A DNA stretch of 64,000 bases from Paecilomyces variotii (lineage: Eukaryota), in assembly GCA_004022145.1 (NCBI GenBank), contig RCNU01000005.1. The stretch is one strand, 5' to 3'. Position numbers and translations under genes: made by a program. The notes under the pieces were generated by a model, which was not told the DNA's origin, ran no database searches, and saw nothing but the letters and a program-made list of their open reading frames with translations. Shown piece by piece: positions 26,053 to 37,023 of this stretch (its first letter is position 1; each line of letters begins with the position of its first letter).

Positions 26053-26706
26053 TCACGTATTTCCCTTCTCTCCAGTATCATCATCTCCATCATCAGCCTC
26101 AACTGCGAACAAGATCTTCATCCAAAGACTACACCCTCGACACCCGATGATGATTTCCCCATGCTCAGCCTCCCTTTCCAGATCCTGCTCCGTGACCAGA
26201 AAACCCTTCTCATCACCACACCTGCAACTGCGATACCAATATGACCCAGCACCATCACCATCGGCGCCATCGTCATTACCACCTCCTTCTAATGTCTCAT
26301 CGCCCTCTTCATAACCCAGATCCTCCAGATCAACTACCTCCAAGCCCGTATGAAACACGTCCGCGTTCCCATGCTTCTCTCCAGCCTTGAGCCTGCTCAA
26401 TCGTAGTGAGCGATCATACTCTGCACGAAGAAATGGATCGGAGAGCGTCTTATACGCAGTCGTGATCTCGTCCACTGTATATGTGTAGGTTTCTGCTCTC
26501 GTCTGATCCGTCGAGGATGTGGACGTGGGCGACTTTGTTGTCGTCACAGACCCCGTAGCGGCAGTCGCTTTATCGGGATGATATTTCAGTAGAGCGCGAT
26601 GATATGCGACTTTAATCTGCTGCTTTGAGAAAGATGTCGACGAGGCGCCTGTGAAGGGGAGGCCGAGTATGGCGTAGAAATCTTGTTCGATAGGGTCGGG
26701 CCTCAT
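26053..26706 (-). CDS. dph4: Diphthamide biosynthesis protein 4 (J-domain + CSL zinc finger)
   Basis: Intronless 217 aa. DFYAILGL...YHRALLKYHPDK J-domain; C-terminal VVDLEDL...CRCG...CRGCSLW CSL finger. Confidence 0.9.
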   Translation of the reverse strand: MRPDPIEQDFYAILGLPFTGASSTSFSKQQIKVAYHRALLKYHPDKATAATGSVTTTKSPTSTSSTDQTRAETYTYTVDEITTAYKTLSDPFLRAEYDRSLRLSRLKAGEKHGNADVFHTGLEVVDLEDLGYEEGDETLEGGGNDDGADGDGAGSYWYRSCRCGDEKGFLVTEQDLEREAEHGEIIIGCRGCSLWMKILFAVEADDGDDDTGEKGNT

Positions 26707-27469
26707 TTTTTTCTTTCTTTTCTTGTTGCAAGCGCCAGGAAGGAAAGTCAGTACATCTCAGTCGGATGGTACATGCTTGAAGGTCGGGAGTATGCCTAGA
26801 CGAAGCCGTGAGGCTATTTGGCGCTTCTGGAACTCAGCCCAAGTATATTCGATATCCATGTGGTCTTCGCGTGGGCGGGGGATATCTCTGCTGGCGGGCG
26901 CGGTGCGGAGCGAATTCCGACCCTCCGGTATCGCCCAGTGCTGGGAGTTAGTACACTGACGCACGACAGACGACATTCAACACTGACTTCTCCAGTCTAT
27001 CTCCCACTGACAGCTACTCGAAAATCCCATGAATTTCTGGAATCATTTCTGACATCTCAATTTGTTATCTGTCCGGAGTCTATCATAGCGATTGACACCG
27101 GAAAGACATGCATGCCAACGCAAAGAGGATCGCACGAGTCGATACAGCTACGATTGACACGTTGATTTTACCATGAGATCTAACACAATTGGTGCTGAAA
27201 CTGATACCTTGTTAGGATCTATCTCTAACGGTAATTATTCCGGTATACCCAGTCGCTCGGGCTTCCAGAGCCAAAAAAAAGATGTGAGCCAAGACAAGGA
27301 ATGTCGAGTCTCTGTCTGACTGGAGGCACAGACATTGGATATCGAACGCCGACAGAAGATTAATCTTACAAGCGACAGATAGAGAAACATCTACCATGCG
27401 GAAAAGGAAAATGGGGAATCAAGTCGAGACATAATTATATCACATGCACCATCCACGTCAATCGCTGCT

Positions 27470-28739
27470 TTACTCGGCGTCCGAAGTCTTGAAGACAAAT
27501 CGGTCCTCAGCCTTGCTAGTGAAGGGAACACCGAGCTCGAGGAGCTTGACAAAGGCGTCGGAGAAGTCCTTGAAGAAGGCATCGCTGTCCCTGGCGTACT
27601 TCTCGGCCCACTTCTTGAACTCCTTGTCCTTGACGAGGGCCATGTCAGCAGGAAGCATCATCAAAGTCTTGGTGGATTTATCGGTGTACTGGGCCGGGCC
27701 GTTCCACTAGTACAGTTAGCTTCTATGTTGACGAAAGATGAGAAGACGGGAATCAGATTCTCAACTCACCTTTCTCCACTGCCACTTCTCATCAAAGAGT
27801 AGTCTGAAGAACTCGTTGCTGAAGGTGGTAGGGCTGAATGTCCAGGGACCGTCGTTTCCAGAGCGGTCAGTGTGGCAGCGGCCCAGAGCATGGGCACCGA
27901 TCAGAGCAACCATTTCCTGGTCGTTGAAGCCCATGCGGCCGAAGACGTCACGGACGTGCTTCTGGTCCTTGCTTCCGTCGGGGAGACGTCCATCAGGAGT
28001 ACAGGCAGCGACGTCCTTGTCCTGGCGGCCAGGTCTCCATGGGATAACAGGGCCTCCCAGCTCCTGGATGCCAGCGACTCCGGCAAGAGTCCACAGGTCA
28101 GAGTAGGTAATCCAAGGGTACTTTTCTGCAGTTAAGAGTTAGAACAGCACTGACAGGCTTTGTAGGGAAATCGATGCGAACCTACCCTTGATGGGCTCCA
28201 GGAAATCCCGGGCGTACTTCAGACCAGCATTGGCACCGTGGTCCGACTCAGGCGCGAATCGCATAGTGGCACCGTTGCTACCACCGGTTCCCGTCTCCTT
28301 GTCATAGGTACCGCTTGCGTGCCACGCCAGACGAACGAGAACCTTCACTGCGTCAGCATTTCTGTTTCCTGCAAATTCGACACCGGGCATTTCTTACAGG
28401 TCCGTAGCTGCCATCGTCATAGTTCTCAACATCCAGGCGGCTGGCGATCTCGTTATAGATCTTCTGGTAGTCCTCCTTGGTGGGCACGAAGGAGCTGCTC
28501 TTGGCCGAGGCATCTGCGCCGTTGAGGTAGAAGTATGCACCCGCGCCACCAGCGGCAGCGAGCCCGACCCAGAGGAAAGTCTTGGACGACTTTCCTGAGT
28601 CGGCCTCAGAGGCATATCCGCGACGGAAGTTGGTACGGAAAGTCTGAGCAGGGACGGCCAGACGGGAGCTGCGCACAGCAGGTCTGACGGAGGCGGAGCG
28701 AGCGAACGCCCGCGAGAAGGTTCTGGCAGCAGAGGCCAT
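27470..28739 (-). CDS. ccp1: Mitochondrial cytochrome c peroxidase
   Basis: Arg/Ser/Ala-rich presequence plus TM segment. Exons 28739-28398, 28342-28186, 28125-27770 and 27706-27470 give [29 protein letters not shown] and [10 protein letters not shown]. Confidence 0.95.
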
Positions 28740-29019
28740 TTTGCGTCTTTCGAAGATCGTCTGTACGCGAGGAATGTGTATAGGGAGGGTGAAAGGAATG
28801 GAGGGTGTGATTAGAGCTGGTCACACCTGCAAAGGAATGGGTAGGTTTGCACAGCAGATGAAAAGAGAGGAAGAAGAATAAAAATAAGCAGCAGGCGAGA
28901 GGATGATCTGGAAAAGCAAAGAATCAACCGCGCGGAGAAGGCCACGAAGATAAGCCGAGCTGAAGGCGATATTATTCCCGACGACCCAAACACAGTAACT
29001 GTGCCATCTATGCCGGGGG

Positions 29020-29079
29020 ATTGGTTGACCAATGACTGCCCTACGATTGGTGAGCTTCTGGACGCCGTCTCCTGACTCA
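29020..29079. promoter_or_regulatory. Candidate ccp1 promoter elements: three CCAAT boxes including CCAAT-N12-ATTGG, and TGACTCA
   Basis: ATTGG 29020-24, CCAAT 29029-33, ATTGG 29046-50, TGACTCA ~29073-79; about 290-340 bp upstream of the ccp1 ATG. Confidence 0.6.
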
Positions 29080-32000
29080 GCAGAAACTCCGCATTTTCCC
29101 CACCGGATAGTTGATCTTTATTAGTTACTTAGTCTTGCCGTCAAAGCGACAAGTTGCCATTATTTTTTCTCCAACGTGGGAGTTGCCGAACTACCTCCTG
29201 GATCGACTCTGCTACGAGAGAGACTCTCTCCAGCACGGTTGTCGAGAGCCGTATGTTACTGTGAAACGGGAAATGCCCATCAGGAATTGCGACATGGCGC
29301 CTCTACGCGGGATACGTTCAGGGACTTCGTGGATGCTGGCGACGGCACGAACTTCGGTTCCCTCCGGGTAGTTCTTTGAAACCATTCGGGGTCCAACGGT
29401 GGTCCAGTCTCCCCTCGCATGTTGTCTAGACCAGCACTGATTATTCATCCGTACCCTCGGCCTTTCTGACGCTCAGGACATATAGCCATCGTGAGGGGAT
29501 CAATATTGGAGTCGGGGAATACAACGGACGGCCAGCCTTTGATTCTTACTAATTAAGACCAGAGCATTTAGATATGGAATGGCCTCCTAGCAGAGGTCTG
29601 CCACCCATAGCTAACTGACTCTGTTCGTGCAACGTACGATGAATGTCGGGATAGGATATGACATGCTGATCTGGCTCGGTTCCCGTTTTCCTGACGGACT
29701 CCTCAAATCATCGACATCCTTATCCTTGTCAAAATCCTTTCGAGTAGATGCATGTAGGACCATAGCTCTTAGTTTGAATCCTTATCGACTGGCCGTTTAA
29801 TGCTTGTCTATCGTATGATGTTCTACGGATGACAGGCTACGGCTTCTGGACCTTGGTCTCATGTCAGATGATAGTTAACTTACCGGCCCTGCTCTTATTA
29901 AGAAGGAGGCCATTGGATGTTCCATTTCCATGGACGAGTCGAGAAGGAGACTCGTACAGGCGCCGTGAGCATCGTCCAACCTAGACATAAAAGGGCGAGG
30001 ATGAACAACTATCTCCCTGCTGGGATTGAAAAAGAACACGAGATAGTTACAGATTACTATAGGAGAATGTCCGTCATATAAATAGTCCTACTGTTCGATA
30101 GAATCGCGAACAGCAGGGTGGAGTAGACGCGGTCCTGCTAAAAACCGTATGGGGTTTGATCTTCCACTCGAACGAACGTATAAAAGTAGTAGGCCTCTAC
30201 GCCATTGAAAGGCTGTAGAAGCGGACTATGGTGGTTTGTCGTTTTCACGATTTTCTTTCTACGCTGGCCAGATTGTTCTAACCTCACTCTGCTCGAGTGA
30301 TCTCGTACTGACACGTCTCTTACCTGCTTGAGGAAGCAATGCACCTCCGTCAGATGTTGGATGACCAGCTCCGTAAATACCAGGACGACGCTTTGGAAAG
30401 CAGTCCTTGACGTCCTCCGTGATCCACAAGTATACTGAGCAACCGGTAGGAGGAATGGCTCATCTGCAGGTTGGAGCATATTTCCTGTCATGGTCGTAGC
30501 ATGAGTCGTCACGACGGGGTGTGGCGATGCGTCGGATTGGTGCAGTAGAGCTGTTACTCATCTGTAACAGTTCACTAATCCGATCATCTCTCCTTGGAGA
30601 CACTGTCCCAGAGAGCAGGTATTCGGTCCTCACACTCTCGCATAAAAGAGCGTCGGATCGTCTGTGATGCAAGAAGGAAGAAGAAGTTCAGAGAGTCAGC
30701 CAAGAGAAGATATTTTCGACTTTGGCGCGTTGTGGACGGACAGGGTAAATCCGGCCACCGAGTCACGTGACGACACCAACGGGCGGCAGATTTCTAGCAG
30801 CGTTAAATCCGTCTGTTTCTCCTTTTTCCTTTCCACACACTTCATGAAAAATGAAAATGAACGCATAATCAACCTCCAGCTCCTGCCGTGCCTCTTCTGG
30901 CACGATCACACCTACAGGATGGCAGGTCATATTGGCGTACTAGAAGAACTCCGGACATTTAATGGCTCCCTCGCCGTGCTGGATTTTTTCTTCGAAAGAA
31001 TCCGAGTGCCATGACGGGTGCGAGTCACCTGCTGTTCGGACATCATTATTTGGACCTACCGTGTATGACTTCGATGAGGACACCCCCGGTAGTTACCGTA
31101 ATGCTTAAGTCTATGTCTCGCCGCCATCCAGCGTTGACTTGACCTAGGGAGTGCTGTCGTGGATACGCCTACTAAACCTGCTAGGAGGAAGGATATGAAA
31201 GGTGATAATAAGCTGAGATCCAGCAAGGGTCTTGCTGGGAGGCCGGGCGCGTCCTTGCTGCAATGATGAGTCTGTCTTCCAGCGAACTCTTCTCCCTCTC
31301 GCTAGCAAGGCCTCTGGAAGCCTGGACGGTGTTCTTCGTTTGATGTGTCAGAATCACGAAGCTGGGCGTGGGTCCCGGCCCTCGTGGCTTTCTCGTTAGA
31401 GTATCCTTATCATTGGCAGCTTGCTAGTCTTGGAATCATTTGGGTTTGGGCACCCACGATATGTCCGAGGAGCTATGTAGAACGGCTTGCACTTAGCAGC
31501 AGCCACAGGAATTGGATAGCAATATGGTAGGACCGATTTCTTATTGATCTAAATCGATATGAATCAGTTCATGGCCATCTTTTGAAATAGTAGTAGACAA
31601 CACGACAACACCGGTTGTCTCTTACCGAACTATTTTTGGTGCAATCCCGCATTTTGGACGCGGACGCCATTAAGCAACGGTCTATCAAGCCAGCTTCCGC
31701 CAGACAGGGTTTGCCCCTTTTCCAAGCTGCTTTGGGGAATCGTCCCTGATCTCCCTCGTAAGTGATGCTCCACCAGTCAAATGAATCGACGGGACGACGT
31801 CAAAGACCCCCGCCCGTAGTGTGTCTATGGTATCGTAACTTGAGGAGGTCGCACTGTTGGTCTCTCCAGGAACGCCAAGGTGGAAGGTTCGGCTGTGACC
31901 CAGTGGAGAGAGGCCCCGACCTTGGAGCTACCGTCTCCGAAACACCACCAAGTCGGTCCATTATTATATTATTTTCCTCGACTTCCATCGCAGAGGGAGA

Positions 32001-32205
32001 CAGGGACTGTTCGGACTGTTGGCCTTGGGAACCTTTATCTGCGTGGTGTTCCAATGATCCGGTTTGGGAGTGATTGACATCGCCACCGAAACCGGAACGC
32101 CGGCCCAAAAACATTTCTCAGGAAACAACAAGTCCAGACTCCCCGGTCTGTTTGTGACTCTCTACAATAGACGTCTTACCATATAAACCTGGTCCCGGTG
32201 CAGCC

Positions 32206-34628
32206 ATGGTGGCAGGTCTGAGCAAGCGCCAGCAGGCGCGCAATGAAAGAGCCCTGCAGGATCTCATCAGATCAATTCCAGGAAATGACCGGTGTGCCGA
32301 CTGTTCGGCATATAATCCAGGTGAGTTGTGACCTGACACCACAAAGGAAAAGCGAGGTATCCATGCTAATGTCTATTTTCTCAATTAGGATGGGCCAGTT
32401 GGAATGTAAGCAGGCTGCATTTCTCCTTTCCTTTCCATCTCTCCGAGTCGCAGCGGTGACGAATCGAATACTTACCAAAATGGCGAATAGTTGGGAATAT
32501 TTCTCTGTATGCGTTGTGCAGCCCTGCACCGGAAGCTGGGAACTCACATATCCAAGGTCAAATCGTTGACCATGGACTCCTGGACGGCAGAGCAGGTTGA
32601 TGTGAGTTGTCGAATCCGCACTCGTGTGAGCAGCCCCTAATATTGGAGCAGAATATGAAAGCGCATGGCAACACCATTTCCAACAAGATCTACAACCCCA
32701 GAAACGTGAAGCCGCCAATGCCGGTCGACATTGATGAGTCCGACTCTGCGATGGAACGGTTTATACGGCGGAAATACGAACAGAGATCGTTGGAAAACGG
32801 GAAACCGAAGCCCCCAAGCAGGCATGATTCCGGCTACACGAGGTCTCCCGAGGGCTCACCTCCTCCATTGCCTCCTAAGACTGGTAAAATATTCGGTTTC
32901 GGACTTCGCTCTGTGTCATCAGCGTCGCACCTGCCTCGATCCTCGGGGAGGTCATCGAACCCAACCTCTCCCCGATCCGACACGTATGGTTCTCGCTCTC
33001 CTCCAGTACAGATAAACAAACAGTCCCGGGTTTTTGGAGCGACTGTCGGTGACTTGGGCGCGTCATTCGAACAGAAGCTGAACATCTTGAAAGAAATGGG
33101 CTTTCCGGATGACAGGAGAAATGCAACGATCTTGAAGGGTCTGAGCGGCAATCTCGAGAAGACGATCGAATCCCTCACGAGACTAGGAGAAAATAGTAAT
33201 CCTACTTCTGGCACTCGAACACCCGTTCAAAGAGGCACGCCCACCACCGCTCATTTTGGCGAGTCGCTCTCGAGCCCCAAGGCCGCGGTCTCTACGAATC
33301 CATTCGACCAGCTTGATTCCAAACCTCAAACAAGTAGTGGACTGTCGACCGCTACTAAGCCGTATAATCCATTCGATGTCCCAGACCCGCAGCCAACGTC
33401 TGCACTGGAGAATTCTTTCCAGCATCTACAGGTGTCGCAGCCCCTGTTCCCCCATTCGACTGGCGGATATCCAACGCAGCAAAATCAGGCCCAGACGTTC
33501 TTTCAGCAACCTATGACTCCACCGGTGACTATGCCATCGTCTCAATCGCAATTTGCGGCTTCGACCCAGTCGTTGAATGGCACTTACAACCCTTTCCTTC
33601 AGCCGGCTCCTCAGCAGCAGGGCCCTATGTCAAACCCGTATGCCAGCCAAGTACAGAACGTGCCTCAAAGCAATCCTTTTTTCGGTCAAATATTGCCACA
33701 ACACACTTCGGCTTCGGCCCAGTTGAATTCTCAACCATCTCTGGGTGCCTCTCCTTTTGAGACTCGACCGCAATCGAGTCAGCCACAGTATACTGGCACG
33801 GTGTCGCCTTTCGCATCTTCATCGCCTTTCGGCCCTTTGCAACAGCAGCCGCAGCCGCAGCAATCCCAGCAGCAGCAACAGCAGCAGCAAAGCCCGTTCT
33901 CATCCTCATCACCTTTTGGTCCTTTGCAGCAGCAGCCTCAATCACAGCAGCCGCAGCAACAGCAACAGCAAAGCCCGTTCTCGTCTTCGCATAATCCCTT
34001 CGACTCCATCCCTGCAACGGCGAACCCGGGGTACCCCTACTCCCAACAGCAAATGCCACAGATGCAGCAGCAACAAAACTTCCAGCAGCAACAGGGCTTC
34101 CAGCCGCAGTCGCAGTATCTCACACCACAGCGAACTGGCCGTGTCGACAAGAGTAGTATACTTTCTCTTTACAGCAACCCTCAGACAGCCCCTACGATGA
34201 ACGCGCAGCCGCAGCAGCAACAGCAGATGCCACAGCAACCAGCACACCTTCAGTCGACACCTGGCCTAAGCCCTGCCCCCTCCCTGCTGACGAACTCAAT
34301 GGGTTCCACGCCCCAGACACAATCCTCTTTCAGTTTGACGACGCCGCAGCAGCGCAGCGTGACAATGCCCGTTTCACTCGATTCCTCATCCGCAGGAGCA
34401 CGGAATCCTTTCTTCACGTCGTCGCCCTTTGGCGGACAGACGAATCCTGCAGTCAATCCCGCTGCAGCTCCATCTGGTCTTGGGATCGGGATGGGACAGA
34501 AAGTTCAGCAGTCTAATAGTCCATTTGCACGAACGCACATCAGCCAAGAAAGTGTTGATATTAACGGGCTTCAGAACGGCCGACATAGCCCTGATGCCTT
34601 TGCGAATCTGAGCGCTCGCTTCGCCTGA
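32206..34628 (+). CDS. Arf GTPase-activating protein with UBA domain and Q/P-rich NPF tail (Gts1-like)
   Basis: Exons 32206-32320, 32389-32405, 32491-32601 and 32652-34628 give [50 protein letters not shown] (ArfGAP Zn finger), ERFIRRKYE, a UBA-like [11 protein letters not shown] segment and multiple NPF motifs. Confidence 0.92.
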
Positions 34629-35557
34629 AGAAGTGGGACCGAGAGTCCATGCCTCGTTTGACGTCGTTTCGTCTGTTGCATAGTTGGCGGGTTTTCCGTT
34701 TCAAGAGTCGGGAGTCACATAGTTGATTTGATCTTTGCATTGTGGTCCGGCGTTCCAGGGATTATAATCTACCATTTTCCGACGAGGCTCCCTTATCATC
34801 GGGCGGCTATCCAGAGCTCCAGAGAAAGAGCAATCACGACTTTGAGAGTGCAGATTGCAAATGGATGGAATGTACAGAACTGGTCGACTTAAGTTTCGCG
34901 GATCCATGATACCCACAGAGGATGTGTAGACAAAACAGCATGGTGTCATCATGGTGGTTGTTCGATGACTGTCCTTTGAAAGGAAGCAGGCTCATGCAGT
35001 ACATATGGGCCTCTTATATACTTACGTACTCTCATTCAATAGAATTCTCATATGTATCATATTCTATCATTTTGTTTTATCTTGGGGTTGTCCGTCGGTT
35101 GTTTGATCTCTGATTCTTGTCTTGTCTTCTACTAGGTATCTTATAGACTTCCCATTTCCTTGTCGCTTAGTTATTCTTATAATGGAAGGACTTGTTCTTC
35201 TCGAGAAGCTTGAAAGATTTTAAGAGTAGCTAGGTATTGGTCCTGATATGCGGGGTAGCACGCATCAACTCTAGAGCCCGGGGAGAAAACCTACCAATTT
35301 ACCACATCCACTACTGTAAGCACGCGTGTCGTGGCTCCGTATGGGAAATCATTCCCAATAGATGCAATGACAATTCCATATTACTATACTACCATCCTTT
35401 TCACGAGCAAGTAATGTACAGTACATACTGTACATAACGATACCATCAGTCACTATCAACATCGTCAGGAGAGAAAGAGCATGACATGACATATATCACC
35501 GTCTCCATATTTTCCTTCCGTCTATACGTTTTCCCCCCTCTTCTCAGGATATGTATC

Positions 35558-35731
35558 TTATATTCCCCTATGACCAGCATCGCAGACTTCAATAGCAGTC
35601 ACCCATTCAGATCTCAGGATTTGAGATGCAGTAATTCGTCGTTCCCAATTCGGATCCAGCATCGCGTAGATTACGTTACGGCAGCATTCCTGGAGAATAC
35701 ATAGATCAGATCAGATCAGATCAGATCGAAA

Positions 35732-35789
<58 letters not shown>

Positions 35790-37023
35790 CTTCTAGCCCC
35801 TTAGCAGAAGAGAAGAGAAGAAAAAACAAACACAACATAACATAACATACCCTCCGAAAAGACTCTATCGGCTCATACCCACTCACCTCCCTCCTCGCCT
35901 TCAAATACGCAACATACAACTCATCATCCTGCTCCAACGCCGTCCACCACGGCAACCTCCCCGTCCGCATCGCAATATACGTAACACCCACAGCCCAAAC
36001 ATCGACTGCCCTCGGATCAAATTCCCTACCACCATACTCCTCCGGAGCGATATAAGGAATCGTCCCGGATACGCGTTTCGTTAAATGCGGTCTCTCCTCC
36101 CATGGAGCGCGGAAACATTCTGCGTTTCCGAAATCGATAATCTTCACCGCTCCATGGAGCGTGATGAGGATATTGTCTGGTTTTATGTTACGATGAGCGA
36201 CGCCTTGGGTGTGCATGTAGGATATGCCGAGGAGGAGTTGTTTGAAGAAACAGTCTGAGTCGTGGGTGGGGAGGCCTTTTTTGTTGGTTCTGATTAGTCG
36301 GTGGAGGGTCGTGGATGATGGGTGGTATTGCATGATTTCGTAGAGAGTGCCGCGGTCGTCGACGAGGAGGTCGAGCGTGTGGATGATGTTGGGATGGTGG
36401 AGACATGAGCCGATGCAGTATTCGGATCGGGCGAGGTTGGATGATGTGCGGTGGAATACTTTGATGGCGTATAGTTCTGTTCGCGTGGGAGAAGAAGAAG
36501 AAGAAGAAGAAGAAGATGATGATAATGATGGTGAAGAAGAGGGTTTCTTCTCGTGAAGTCGTATCGTTGATGTGTTGCCGTAGTAGATGACTTCTTTGAA
36601 CTTGCCGTATTTTCGAGTCAAAGACATTGCAGGGGTAGAAGATGAAGAAGAAGAAGAAGAAGAAGGAGAGGAGGCCTCCTGTCCTTCTTCCTCCGGTCTG
36701 ACGATCAAGGGATCCTGCTCTTCAGATTGAGAATACCCCGGCCACCACCAGGTCGAAATCATGTTGAAAATTCCATCGAGAATCCCCCCTTGCTTATCGA
36801 CTCTTTGAATCAGATGATCATGATCATGGTGGTGATGGATTTCATGATGCCACGACGCGGGAGGATGGTTTGAATCTTGACGAGATGGAATTTCCTCGAC
36901 GCGTTCTTCCACCGTGTTTTCGTCGGGATGATCCCTTTCTTCTTCTGGAGATGGCGATTTCGACGCAGATCGAGCACTCCTGTCACCGTGTATGCTTACT
37001 TGGTCTGAAACAGCAACCGGCAT
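35558..37023 (-). CDS. HAL/NPR-family Ser/Thr kinase-like protein (probable pseudokinase)
   Basis: Exon 1 37023-35851, intron 35850-35690 (GTATGT..CAG), exon 2 35689-35558 (ECCRNVIYAMLDPNWERRITASQILRSEWV...GI*). Motifs SEYCIGSCLHHPNII, DCFFKQLL, DFGNAECFRAPWE and GTIPYIAPEEY..EFDPRAVDVWA are typical of Hal4/Sat4-like kinases. Confidence 0.85.
35703..35785. repeat. (AGATC)n tandem repeat plus ~53-nt poly(A) tract inside the kinase intron
   Basis: Four ATCAG units at 35705-35724 and an uninterrupted A run at 35733-35785. Confidence 0.9.

Noticed and set aside
29100..32100. Short ORFs between ccp1 and the ArfGAP gene
   Set aside because: None has a recognisable domain or a convincing splice pattern linking them.
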